This document shows, one piece after another, positions 50,627 to 60,772 of a stretch of 64,000 nt of DNA. This DNA is from Schizochytrium sp. TIO01 (Eukaryota; Protista; Bigyra: Labyrinthulomycetes): contig SMSO01000037.1 of assembly GCA_004764695.1 (NCBI GenBank), positions 2,828,747-2,892,746 on the forward strand, in the 5' to 3' direction. Position numbers and translations under genes: made by a program. The notes below the pieces were generated by a model. That model saw nothing but the letters and a program-made list of their open reading frames with translations, was not told the DNA's origin and searched no databases. Positions within the stretch are counted from its first letter, which is position 1; each line of letters starts with the position of its first letter.

Positions 50627-50698
50627 TACAGATGACGAGGATCGAACTCGTGACCTTCCGCGTGTCAGGCGGACGCTCTACCACTGAGCTACACCTGC
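50627..50698 (-). tRNA. tRNA-Val(GAC), copy 3
   Basis: Identical to the other GAC copies; shares 5' flank with copy 2 (192-bp period). Confidence 0.96.
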
Positions 50699-51325
50699 TG
50701 TCAATGATGTACTCATTGCTGCTGGTTAGCTGACATTTGCAGCATGGATTCTATAAATATAAATTACCTATAAATTTATATTGTTCGTCCATATTTCCAA
50801 GGCAACGATCTCAAAAAGCGTTTCCACTCGAAAGGTAGGCTTGACTAAATCTCCAGCATTTGTTTCTAATACCACACGACTGAGAGTTAGAGATAGATAC
50901 TATTTAGTATTATACGTACCAGCCTGGTTTTATACGATGCAATAGGAAACAAGACATTATTTTCGCAGGCAAACCCAATGCGGTTAGGTTTTGTTGTTGC
51001 TTTCGGTTTTGTTTTATATAGTTTAGATCAAAAATGCAGATAGCTAACGTCATGTTCAATGCTTAAATCGTTAATGTTCTAATGTTTTTTAGACCGCCAG
51101 AACGGCAGAAGGGATGCTATAAAACCTGTAAATCTCCCTATTTTATTACAACACATTTGGAGAATTACAAAGGTATACAACACTATACAAAGGTTCCTGC
51201 TATTCTTGCCGGGCGAGTGAGATGTGGTTTTCAAATAGAGTGGGCTGAGATGGGTCTGCTGATCAGAGGCTGAGCAGGGCTATGAGAAGCGAACCACTAG
51301 ATATGTATGGATGTGAAATATATAT

Positions 51326-52192
51326 TTACAGTGCTTCCTCGTTCTCTTCGAGGGAAGGTGTTTTCTGCTCGTGGGAGGAATCGAAATGCTTAGAGTAAAG
51401 CTGGTGACCAAGAGCGCCAAAGAGTGCGGCAAATAAGCCGCCCTCAACCCTTCGCTGGTCAAGTGCAAGCGCGGCTAGTCCTCCCAGGACCAAACTGCAC
51501 ATGACCATCGAGGGTTTCCAGCTCGCCATACCAAAATCCTCTGGTTTTGCTTGCTGCCGCCACCGTGCTACCCGATGACGACTGCCAGCCCTTGACATAG
51601 TGAACACAATGTCCTCTTCGTTCTCCTCAGCAATAGACGGAACTGGTGAGGATGAACCTGATGATGGCACAGGCCCGATGATATCAGCACAGTGAGACAT
51701 AGCAGTCATTGAAGTACCAGTACTTGACCAGCTCCCGTTCGGTTTTGTCAAGGTTCGCTGATCGTCTGTATCGCTGTCCATATCGCTATCATTGTATTCA
51801 GGAGAGGAAGACGAAACAGAATAGTCACTGGGAATGGCAGCATCGTCTTCGTCCTCTTCATCGAGTGGTGTGAAGAAATCCCAGTCCGAGTGATGCTGGA
51901 CCACGATATCGCGATGAGCATGGCGATGGTGGGCATGTTGTGAATGATGGTGAGCTTTCTTAGCTCCACCATGCTGCTTTGACGGCAGCATATTCATGAG
52001 TGATGCTACTTTGTGGTGATGTTCCTCTCTGACCACACGGTAAAACCTCCTTGAAGACGAAGGGCTCCGTGAGGAGACTCCGTGAGGCATTGTGCCCTGG
52101 CACCTTCTGCGAGGGCTCCGCGAAGGCCCTACCACTGCTGGAGATGCCGCCAATGTTGTTGCCACCGCTAGCTCCGCAGCCGCTGCGTCCAT
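51326..52192 (-). CDS. Hypothetical protein, mostly disordered (His-, Ser-, Asp-rich), with C-terminal hydrophobic segments; 288 aa
   Basis: ATG-initiated ORF with coding-like composition; no family recognised. Confidence 0.7.
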   Translation of the reverse strand: MDAAAAELAVATTLAASPAVVGPSRSPRRRCQGTMPHGVSSRSPSSSRRFYRVVREEHHHKVASLMNMLPSKQHGGAKKAHHHSQHAHHRHAHRDIVVQHHSDWDFFTPLDEEDEDDAAIPSDYSVSSSSPEYNDSDMDSDTDDQRTLTKPNGSWSSTGTSMTAMSHCADIIGPVPSSGSSSPVPSIAEENEEDIVFTMSRAGSRHRVARWRQQAKPEDFGMASWKPSMVMCSLVLGGLAALALDQRRVEGGLFAALFGALGHQLYSKHFDSSHEQKTPSLEENEEAL

Positions 52193-53938
52193 GTTTGTGC
52201 GGCTCCACTGGTCAAGCGGTTTTGCCTGCCCTCTGGACGCTTTAGGTTGCTTTGCTTTTTTTTTGCTTGCTCGTCTCAGTTTACACCAATTTTAATATTG
52301 AAAAAAGGAGTTCCGAGTCTATTCTATTCCTCTCTTTTATTATTGGCTTCAGACCATGAAATAAGTGAATAACTCATTACGAGTTCTGCGCGCCGTCCTC
52401 AAATAACAAAAGTGAAGTGCGCAGTAATTAGCACATAGTACCTCCCTACTATACAGAACTACCCAAACTAGCAACTAAAATACTTTTTCTTTTCTTTGTC
52501 TTTACGCCTCAAAGTTTCTTTTATTCTCGAAAAATAAAAATTTAGGGGGGAAACATGTACAGAGAGCTCAAGTTGCCGAGGTACTTCGGCCCCAAGCCGA
52601 AGACGCCCAGCGTGGAAAGAAAGTCCCTGCCTTCAGCCTCGCTGTCAGCTTCTCGTATTTCTTGAGCGACTCGGGACGGCCGGTGAGCGAGCAGTTGAGT
52701 GCGTGAACAACTTCTTTCCAGTCAACCAAACCTGCGAAGAAGGAGGAAAACTCACCACTCCTCACACTTCCGCCGCCTGTGAAAGCCACTTACACGCTGC
52801 CGGTTCTTTTCATTTTATCCTTTTTCTCTGCTTATTTATTACTCACCCGAGTTCCTTTCAAGTCATTTATTCATTCATTCATTCATTCATTCATTCATTC
52901 ATTCACTCATTCCTTCCTAGTTCTGCTTTCATTTTGTTGGCGCACTCTTCTTTCCTCGCCAATCCATAACATAGCGAAGAGCTGTGAGGCCTCCTAGTAG
53001 CCAGCTAGCGGCTCCTGCTCCAGCAACTCCACGGCGAGACATCTTGAACTTGAAGTTACTAACTCGCTCTCGGCAGCGTCAAGTCTCCGACGGCCTGGCG
53101 AGAGCCGACCAGCTAGTTTTGAAAGTTGAGCTTAGCTCTGGGCGTCGAGCTTAGCTTTAGACGTTGGTCTTGGCATGGTTCAAGCTGTGCAGCTTGAGCC
53201 ATATCGCACCTGACTTGAAGGCCTGAAGAATGCAATCTAAGTAACGACCACCACATTTGAAGCCGCTAGAACTATCTATCGGTACTACTTGGCTCTACGC
53301 GCTAGATGTTCCTATGTATATTTTTAATTTTAAAATAAAGAAAAGAATAGAACTTGAAAGAAAGCAACCTTGCCTAACGCATGCACTAATATGAGTTTTC
53401 ATTCCGTGATTTCTATTCTAATTGGTTTTTACTGTTTATAATCTTAAAAATTGAAAACTCATTTCCTTTCCTTTTTTTAAATTTAAACTAAACTAGTAAG
53501 TTTTACATTCTTTATAAATAGCTAATGACTGCTCATCAAAGAATGGAGGAGTTAAAGAGCGTCAAACAGAGAGAGCTCTGTTACGATTTCGACGGCCCTG
53601 TTGGGAGGCCGAGGCCTGGCCAGATCAAAGGGTATCGAGGACGAGGACTCTTGCACAGAAACAACCAAGAGAAGGGCAGGCCGAAGGAAAAGGCGAAGGA
53701 GAAGGAGAAGGAGAAGGAGAAGGAGTCAGGCGCGCACGAGTGCCACACCGACCTTTACTTCTCATGTTGTGGTCGCCTTTTTTCACGCCAAAGCAAACAC
53801 CGCGTGGGAAAATTAGTAGCTAGGTAGGTAGGTAAGGTAGGCTATAAGTAGGTAGGTTAGCTAGCTAAGTAGGTACCTGGTGCAAAATTGAATAATCACG
53901 AATGATCTTCATTTGAACATTTAAGCTATGATCAACAA

Positions 53939-54018
53939 AATGAATGAATGAATGAATGAATGAATGAATGAATGAATGAATGAATGAATGAATGAATGAA
54001 TGAATGAATGAATGAATG
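53939..54018. repeat. (AATG)n microsatellite
   Basis: Directly visible. Confidence 0.95.
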
Positions 54019-55536
54019 GGACGATCATCGAATGAAGAAGCCACGCTCGGTTATGCTGCTTTGATGAGCGAGAGGAGATAAAATGAGAGCGAGACCCAAA
54101 TGATCATTAGGGTCAATTAATCTCAATCAATCTCAATCAATCTATCCATCAATCAATCAGTCAGTCAGTCCCCACACGATCTTTGGCGTAGGTACGTACG
54201 TACCTTAATTGGTTTGCTCTTTATGAAAATATAAAATGTAATATCGATTGCAACATCGGTCTGTGCTTTACGAGCAGAAGGTAGGTACGTAGGTACGTAC
54301 CTGCATGCACATTTTCCCTGCCACCCTCAGCGCCACGCCAGCAAAGCGGTGCAGCCTGATGCGACCTTTTTCATAATCATCTTTCCGGAGTCCGATTCGT
54401 GGTTGATGGAATTTGGGTGACGATGATATGATGATGATTGTGTATGGGTGATGGCTAATCAATTCGAGGAGGTGCAAAATGATGAGATCATCATCATCTT
54501 CTTCTTCTTCTTCTTCTTCTTCTTCAAACTTGAACAAAGAAATCATCCAAGTAAATACCAGCCTCTATACTATATAGAACTACCATTGCAAAGTATCGAC
54601 ATATTACCATCCATTCTGCAAATTGTGGTGTTTCCTTATTCGCCGCAACCACAAAGAAGTGCCTTCGGCTGTTTCTCGTTCCGAGTAGATGAATCTTTGT
54701 TTTATTTCATCTTTCTTTATAGCTAGTTGTATAAAAGAGAAGAAAAGAAAAGAAAAGAAAAACAAAAGAATGAGTGAATGAATGAATGAAAGAAAAAAAT
54801 GAACGGAAGAAGATGGCCCTTGTGACCATCTTTTGTATGGCCTTCTGCTGTAGGCAGAATGAATATACAGGTCCCTGTCTGCGTCCTTCCACGTGGACTA
54901 TCTGCCTTGAAGCAAAGCGTCTCTGCGCCACGAACTTTATCAACCAACTTAAATCCCACTGCGCCAGAACAAAAGTTAGTACGTCAGCCCTTTCTTCCTG
55001 TAGACCAGAGTGTTTTCTCTGTGCTTCCAAGTTGACCTCTCACTGTGAGAGTAATGATGATCTCATCAAACAAACCCTCTCACTCTAACTTGGAAGAAAA
55101 GAAGAACATTTCACGCTCTTTTAGGTCATAGTTCTTTGTTTGTTTTAAATAAACTTTAAGAGGCCATCTCCATAGTGAGCCAGTCAGTAATAAGTGCATG
55201 GCTAAAGAGGGTGCTATAACAGAGCGTTTGATTCGGCTAGAATGGGGGGCAGGGTGCGTGTCCTCCTGCGCAGTTGTCCGGCGCTCCCGCGGGGGAAAGC
55301 GCGGGTGAGGGGTGCGAGCGCGGCGGAGGTGTCTGGAATGCCCCCTGTGAAATGGGTTTACACGTGAAGTCCGACTTTCCAAGTTCCCCGAGACTGCCCT
55401 GCCTCGCACGTAAGCATGCCACGCAATGCCCTTCGCTTCCTGAAGCGCCATCTTTTCTCCAAAGTTTTGCCGCCCGCCCGGCAGCCAGTTGATGGATAAT
55501 GTTTTTGCGTTGCCTACGATGCTTTTGAGTTGGATT

Positions 55537-55591
55537 TTTGAATTTGAATTTTTGAATTTGAATTCTTGAATTTGAATTCTTGAAGTTGAAT
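55537..55591. repeat. Degenerate (TTTGAA)n cluster
   Basis: TTTGAATTTGAATTTTTGAATTTGAATTCTTGAATTTGAATTCTTGAAGTTGAA. Confidence 0.8.
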
Positions 55592-55797
55592 TGAGCGGAA
55601 GGGCTCAACAGCGATTCGAATGCGCTTCAGAGCAGAGCAGAGCAGAGCAGAGCTGACTTGAGCTGGGCAACTTCGATCTGATCTGGATGGCCCGCTCGAT
55701 CCACGGGAATTGATGAGCGGGAGCAGAAGCAGTCGGCTGTATGGATGGCACGGCGGTACGCGAAGAAGTGGACTGGGAATGAAGGTGGCCGTCTGAG

Positions 55798-55832
<35 letters not shown>

Positions 55833-58337
55833 GACGGCACTTGAGGAGGCTCGAAGTTCAAGTTGGGGACGAAATTTGACGCCGGGGCAGGCAATGGACA
55901 TACATTGAAACTGCGAGAACTTGGAGGAATGGAGCTGCCTCCGTCTTGAGCCTCTGGGACCTGCTCGAGAGCGGGCGGGCGAGCGAACGAGGTAGAGAGA
56001 GATGCGATCGATGATGGCTGGCGCCAGGAAAGATCGAGCTCCAAGATGGCAGCTTCGGCGTTTGATGTGGACCATCGCATGCACACATCCATGCTGGCTT
56101 TGAAGTCGAAAGCGTTGGATGGCTTTGGAGTGGAGGTTTTGAAGGGGGCCATGGAGGTGGAGACCAACCAGGCATGAAATCGATTGCATCTTGCTCTCAG
56201 GAACTTCAGAAGCTGACGCCGAGGCTCTGCAGCTGGTCGTGAGCAAGAGGCCTTGATCCGGTGTCAAAAGAACTTGCGTTGAACGTAATGCCTGTAATGG
56301 CACCTTCCTAAGTTTCTTGTGCGTTGAAAGGCTCTTGGGGCGAAGCGATTCTCGTCGAGCTCGGCAAGGAGCTAGCTAGGCTCCTGCAGGGCGATCGAAC
56401 AGCACAGGCGACCCCGCAACGCAGTGCAGCGCAGCCAACGCAACGCAGCCAACGCAGTGCAGCGCGAAGCGGAGAGGCCGGGCCTCGCAAAGGCGTGGCA
56501 AAAGGCACAGGCTCATGTCAACAGCTTGAAGCGCGGGCGTTCATTTGCGGGGCGGCGCAGAAGACAGCCCAGCCCACCTTGAAATGCCTTTCACCTCTCG
56601 TGGTCTGCTCCCGCAACGGCCTGAATGCACTATGGGCGGCGACCTGAGTGAAGACAGAAAGGCAATTCCTCCATCTCTACTGGCGGAGCTGACCGTCCTC
56701 GGCGAACTTTCGCGCGGGTCTCCTTCGCGAGCTTTCCGCCTTCAAGGCAGCTAGCTACTTCAGGGGGGTTCTGTTTGTATAGTATTTAGTGCTTGCTTGA
56801 AATGCTTGCTTGAATTGCTTGAATCGCTTGGTACGTATGAATTGTTGCACACGTACACAAGAACTTGACTTGCAAGAACTTACTTCAGGCTGCCTGATGC
56901 CTGGTAAGGACCTCGCCTCCCTTCGCTCGCAGACTTGAGAAAGCTCTTGAAGAGCATCGCTGAAAGATCGCGAGCGCCACATTCGGAGTGGCCAGCTCAG
57001 GCTGGGCCTTCTTCCCTTCCTCCATGCGCAACACCTACCGGCTCAGCAGCAGCTTGAGATCTGCTCGCCACCAGCTTGAACGTCCTGCTGGTGTAGCGCC
57101 CTCGTTTCAGTTCGTGCTTTCGTGCGGGGGTGTGCTTTGGTCGGCCCTCGCAGGCACGTCAGCAACGAGCTTGTAGTCCACCTTGAGATTCCTTGCGCTG
57201 TCTATCTGCTGATGCAAGCAGCAACCAGGGCGGCTTAGCTCAAACTATAGCCACTGCTAGGGGCTTTCGTTTGGGTAAAAGATAGGGTATGAACTGCCAA
57301 ATGCACAATGATGATGTCAGCGTTGACACCTGATACGTAATACGTCGTAGGTGGGCAGAGACTACATCATCGATGATTGGAGCCTCGTGGCGAGTCGCAA
57401 GACGGCGATGGTCTCGCAGGACGTGTGAAGTGGAGGGAAAGGAGGAGCTTTGAGGCAGTTCAATTCACTCTGATGGTTTGTCTGTGACTCTGGGTAATGC
57501 GTGTGGCAGGAAGCGACGGGAAAGTGGAAAATGACGTCTTCCACGATGGTGCTTTCTTTAGCTGATGCAGTAATTTGTGAATCAAGACATGTAATTTGAA
57601 TTAACACTCCAGAGGGGAGGAACCTTGGTCACCGTATATGTGCAAGAACAACAAGTCAGCGAGGTTGGGGAGCAGGTACCTACCAGCTACCAGCTAAAGT
57701 TGCGTCGCTGACGAGCTTGGGGTAGAGGAAGTTGGCAAACCTGCAAAAAGGAACTAGAAAACGGTGAATGAGACCGCAGTTGTCATCACCTCAGTGCAGT
57801 GTGTACTAGGAGCAATTGAGCTTTTTGAGGAAAAGGAGTACCTTTCGTCTAGCTGCCCTGCACTAAGAATATCTCCTCTCTTGGTTACCTCAACTGGCAT
57901 TTGTTTAGCTCTCAAAGCTGAATTGCTCAACACATGATGAAGCCAAGTACCAAGTTTTGAATTTACTTTTCATTCCATCTCTTTCCCAAAACTAGAATCC
58001 CTTTCTCTCTCTCTCTTCACTGGATACTTTCGCAGATTACGTTTGGCAAATTTTAATCACATCTTAATGACAACCCTTTCTTTCTTCACCAAACTGATGC
58101 GCAAGTTTTGTATTTGAGTCTTCTTCTTAGTAGAGAAATACGTACTACACCTACTCCTATTGCTGTCATACATAGTCTTACCAACTCTATACTCCCTTTT
58201 CAAAAATCGACTATATATATATAGCAAATTACTCATAAGGGACTGGCTAGAAGCATCATGCAGTAGAATACCCACATACACAGAAGAATGTGCGAAAAAA
58301 AATCAATTATGAGAACGAGATACGGCAATCCAATATC

Positions 58338-59417
58338 ATGTACCACGCTCTAGCGTGGGTCTGGGCATTCGTAGTCGGCATGCGCGACTACTTGTGGGCG
58401 CTTCTTCTCTGCGGTCTTAGCGGTGACCGCGTGAAGATTCGCGGCGAGTCATATCGCGTGCTACGGCACATCGCCGACGGCGGCTTTAGCCAGGTGCTGG
58501 CGGTGCGCAGAGGTGGTGGCTCTGGAGAGACCTTCGCAGTGAAGAAAATCATTCTGCAGTCGGAGGAGCAGATCCGCCAGGCCCAATGGGAAATCAAGGT
58601 CCACCAGATGATTGGAAATAACAATCCAAACTGCCTCGCACTCCTCGCCAGCGAAATCACATCCAGCTCGCGCGGCCGTCGCGAAGCGTTGCTGCTCTTT
58701 CCTATTCTTGAAAATGGTAGCCTCGTTGATCACCTACTTGCGCTAGCAAAAGCTGGCCGCGAACTCGGTGAGCAAGATGCCCTCGCCTATCTCGCGCAAA
58801 TCTGCAATGGCCTTAAGGCGTTCCACTCGCAGGACCCACCGATTGCGCACCGTGATATCAAACCGCATAATATCTTGCTTGCTGCGGATGGCACCCCTGT
58901 GCTCATGGACTTTGGCAGTGCTGCCATCGCTTATGTGGACACGTCTTCAAGACAGGCGCGTCTCAGCTTGCAAGACTACGCTTCGCAGCATTGCTCCATG
59001 GCATACCGTGCCCCAGAGCTTTGGGAACCCACAGACGACCCATCTTGTATTGTTGATGAGCGCACCGATATTTGGAGTCTTGGATGTTTGCTCTTCGCAA
59101 TGCTTTTTGGACAAGGGTTTTCCCCATTTGAATGCAAGTTTTCTCAAGGTCGATCTGCCTCGGGGCCCTTTGTCCGGGAGCAATCCTCCTCAGGCAAACC
59201 ATCTGGCGCTCCACCTCAAGCTGTTCCCCGCGAATGTACGTATCTTTCAATTATTGGAGCAATCCCGCTACCTGCGTCTCATGACCGCACACCTGCTGTG
59301 GTACAAATGTGTAAGTGGATGCTTACTGTTAACCCATCTCAGCGCCCTACTCTTGCACAGGTTACGCAGAGACTACCATCTGTTCAACAGAGTCACCACC
59401 ACCTTAATATTGTGTAA
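58338..59417 (+). CDS. STK16: NAK-family Ser/Thr kinase, STK16/MPSK1/Env7-like; 359 aa
   Basis: IADGGFSQV, FAVKKI, AHRDIKPHNILL, PVLMDFGSA, LQDYASQHCSMAYRAPEL (STK16-type activation segment) and DERTDIWSLGCLL. First ATG at 58338. Confidence 0.9.
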   Translation: MYHALAWVWAFVVGMRDYLWALLLCGLSGDRVKIRGESYRVLRHIADGGFSQVLAVRRGGGSGETFAVKKIILQSEEQIRQAQWEIKVHQMIGNNNPNCLALLASEITSSSRGRREALLLFPILENGSLVDHLLALAKAGRELGEQDALAYLAQICNGLKAFHSQDPPIAHRDIKPHNILLAADGTPVLMDFGSAAIAYVDTSSRQARLSLQDYASQHCSMAYRAPELWEPTDDPSCIVDERTDIWSLGCLLFAMLFGQGFSPFECKFSQGRSASGPFVREQSSSGKPSGAPPQAVPRECTYLSIIGAIPLPASHDRTPAVVQMCKWMLTVNPSQRPTLAQVTQRLPSVQQSHHHLNIV

Positions 59418-59544
59418 ATTGGGACTGAGTCCTTCTCAGCCAAACAACAAGCAACGAAATCATTATTTGGAACTCCCTATCAATCGGGCCAGGAATTATA
59501 GTATATCTTTTGTTTAAACATCAACTTTTAGATTATTCGACCAA

Positions 59545-60402
59545 CTATTCCTGTACAACTCTGTCAGGAAATGCAAGAGTGGCTAGTCTCAGAATTTCTG
59601 TAACATCCATCTCGCAAACTCCCCGCGCGGCTCCATTGATTAACCCCCCTGTAGAAGTTGACGATGCCTTGAGTAGCATCTGGTCAATGCGGCTACGCGC
59701 TGCTTGAGCTTCTTTCATCAAGGCCTCCATGCCATCCAGTTCCTCACGAATCTCGCATTCTATCGTGGAAAGCTGATTCATACTAGCGTCGAGTTCCTCC
59801 ATCACAAGTGTCTCATTTTCCTGGCTCTTTGCTACGTCATTATTGGCAGCCTCGGTATCTGTCTCGCCCAATTGTGCTCTGGCCTCTTGAAGTTCCTGCT
59901 CTTGCGGATTTACCTCAATCTCAAGCCTAACCTGGTGTGCACGTTTTCGAAGTGCCGAACGCGCCTGTCGAGCTTGGACTTTTAAACGATCCATTAGCTT
60001 TCGTGTCTTCTCTGTAACAAATTGCTTCATCATTGCCTGCATCATGTGTGGCTCCTCTTCTTCTTCCTCTTCTTCCTCTTCATCATCATTAACATCGACA
60101 TCGACATCGACATGGAAAGTATTATTTTCATTTAGATTCTCAACAGGGCTACCATCGTTGGTATGAACGTCCTCTTCCTCATTTTCTGAGTTGTTGTCAT
60201 TGATCTCCATCCCATTTCGCGAAACTTCTTTGGCAATGCGCTTTAGTCTTCTCTTTTTTTGCGATGGTTCCTGCTTCGAATACAGACTTGCTTCCTCTTC
60301 GCTCTCGATGCTGTCTGCTTCGGGCGCCTGCTTCTTTCCACGAGTTCGCTTCGCTCGTGGCGCGGAACGCGTGCTTCGAGCAGCACTTCGCTTCGTGCGC
60401 AT
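59545..60402 (-). CDS. Hypothetical nuclear coiled-coil protein (basic/acidic disordered N-half, helical C-half); 285 aa
   Basis: Basic NLS-like stretches (RAKRTRGKK, KKRRLKR), an acidic tract, then a heptad-rich C-terminal half. Confidence 0.78.
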   Translation of the reverse strand: MRTKRSAARSTRSAPRAKRTRGKKQAPEADSIESEEEASLYSKQEPSQKKRRLKRIAKEVSRNGMEINDNNSENEEEDVHTNDGSPVENLNENNTFHVDVDVDVNDDEEEEEEEEEEPHMMQAMMKQFVTEKTRKLMDRLKVQARQARSALRKRAHQVRLEIEVNPQEQELQEARAQLGETDTEAANNDVAKSQENETLVMEELDASMNQLSTIECEIREELDGMEALMKEAQAARSRIDQMLLKASSTSTGGLINGAARGVCEMDVTEILRLATLAFPDRVVQE

Positions 60403-60772
60403 CGTTTCCCAATTCCTCAGAGACTTTAGTGGTCTTCTTTGCTGCCGCTGATGATATTTAGATCTCTTCGTGTCTAGCTCAGGAGGTTTACGTTTTGAAC
60501 GCAGACATGTTTGAATTTTCTTCTCTCTTTCTCAAGGAGCTCGAAATTTGAATTTCCCCCTTCAACTCAGAATAACGTATTCTAGTAGAATGCGCTATTG
60601 ATTTTTGAATTTGAACTTTCAAATTCTTCGAACTCTAATAGAGCCAAGAAACCGCCAAATTCAAATTCAAACTGGACCAACAGAACGAGATTGGGAGGAC
60701 AAGCGACGGAGGAAACGACGGAGTGAGTTCTCAAGGCGAGACAAAGCGGGGCAAGCCAAACGAAACGAGACA
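60403..60772. promoter_or_regulatory. Putative bidirectional promoter with CHR-like (TTTGAA/TTCAAA) and E2F-like (CCGCCAAA) sites
   Basis: 370-bp spacer between divergent start codons. TTTGAA at 60494, 60510, 60547, 60604 and 60610; TTCAAA at 60618, 60660 and 60666; CCGCCAAA at 60652. Confidence 0.5.

Noticed and set aside
38103-50698. Identical 72-bp direct repeats as a CRISPR-like array or LTRs
   Set aside because: They fold as complete tRNA-Val cloverleafs with Pol III terminators and are irregularly spaced.
58768-59517. 249-aa alternative-frame ORF overlapping the kinase
   Set aside because: Non-ATG start and no protein-like motifs; an off-frame by-product of the kinase CDS.
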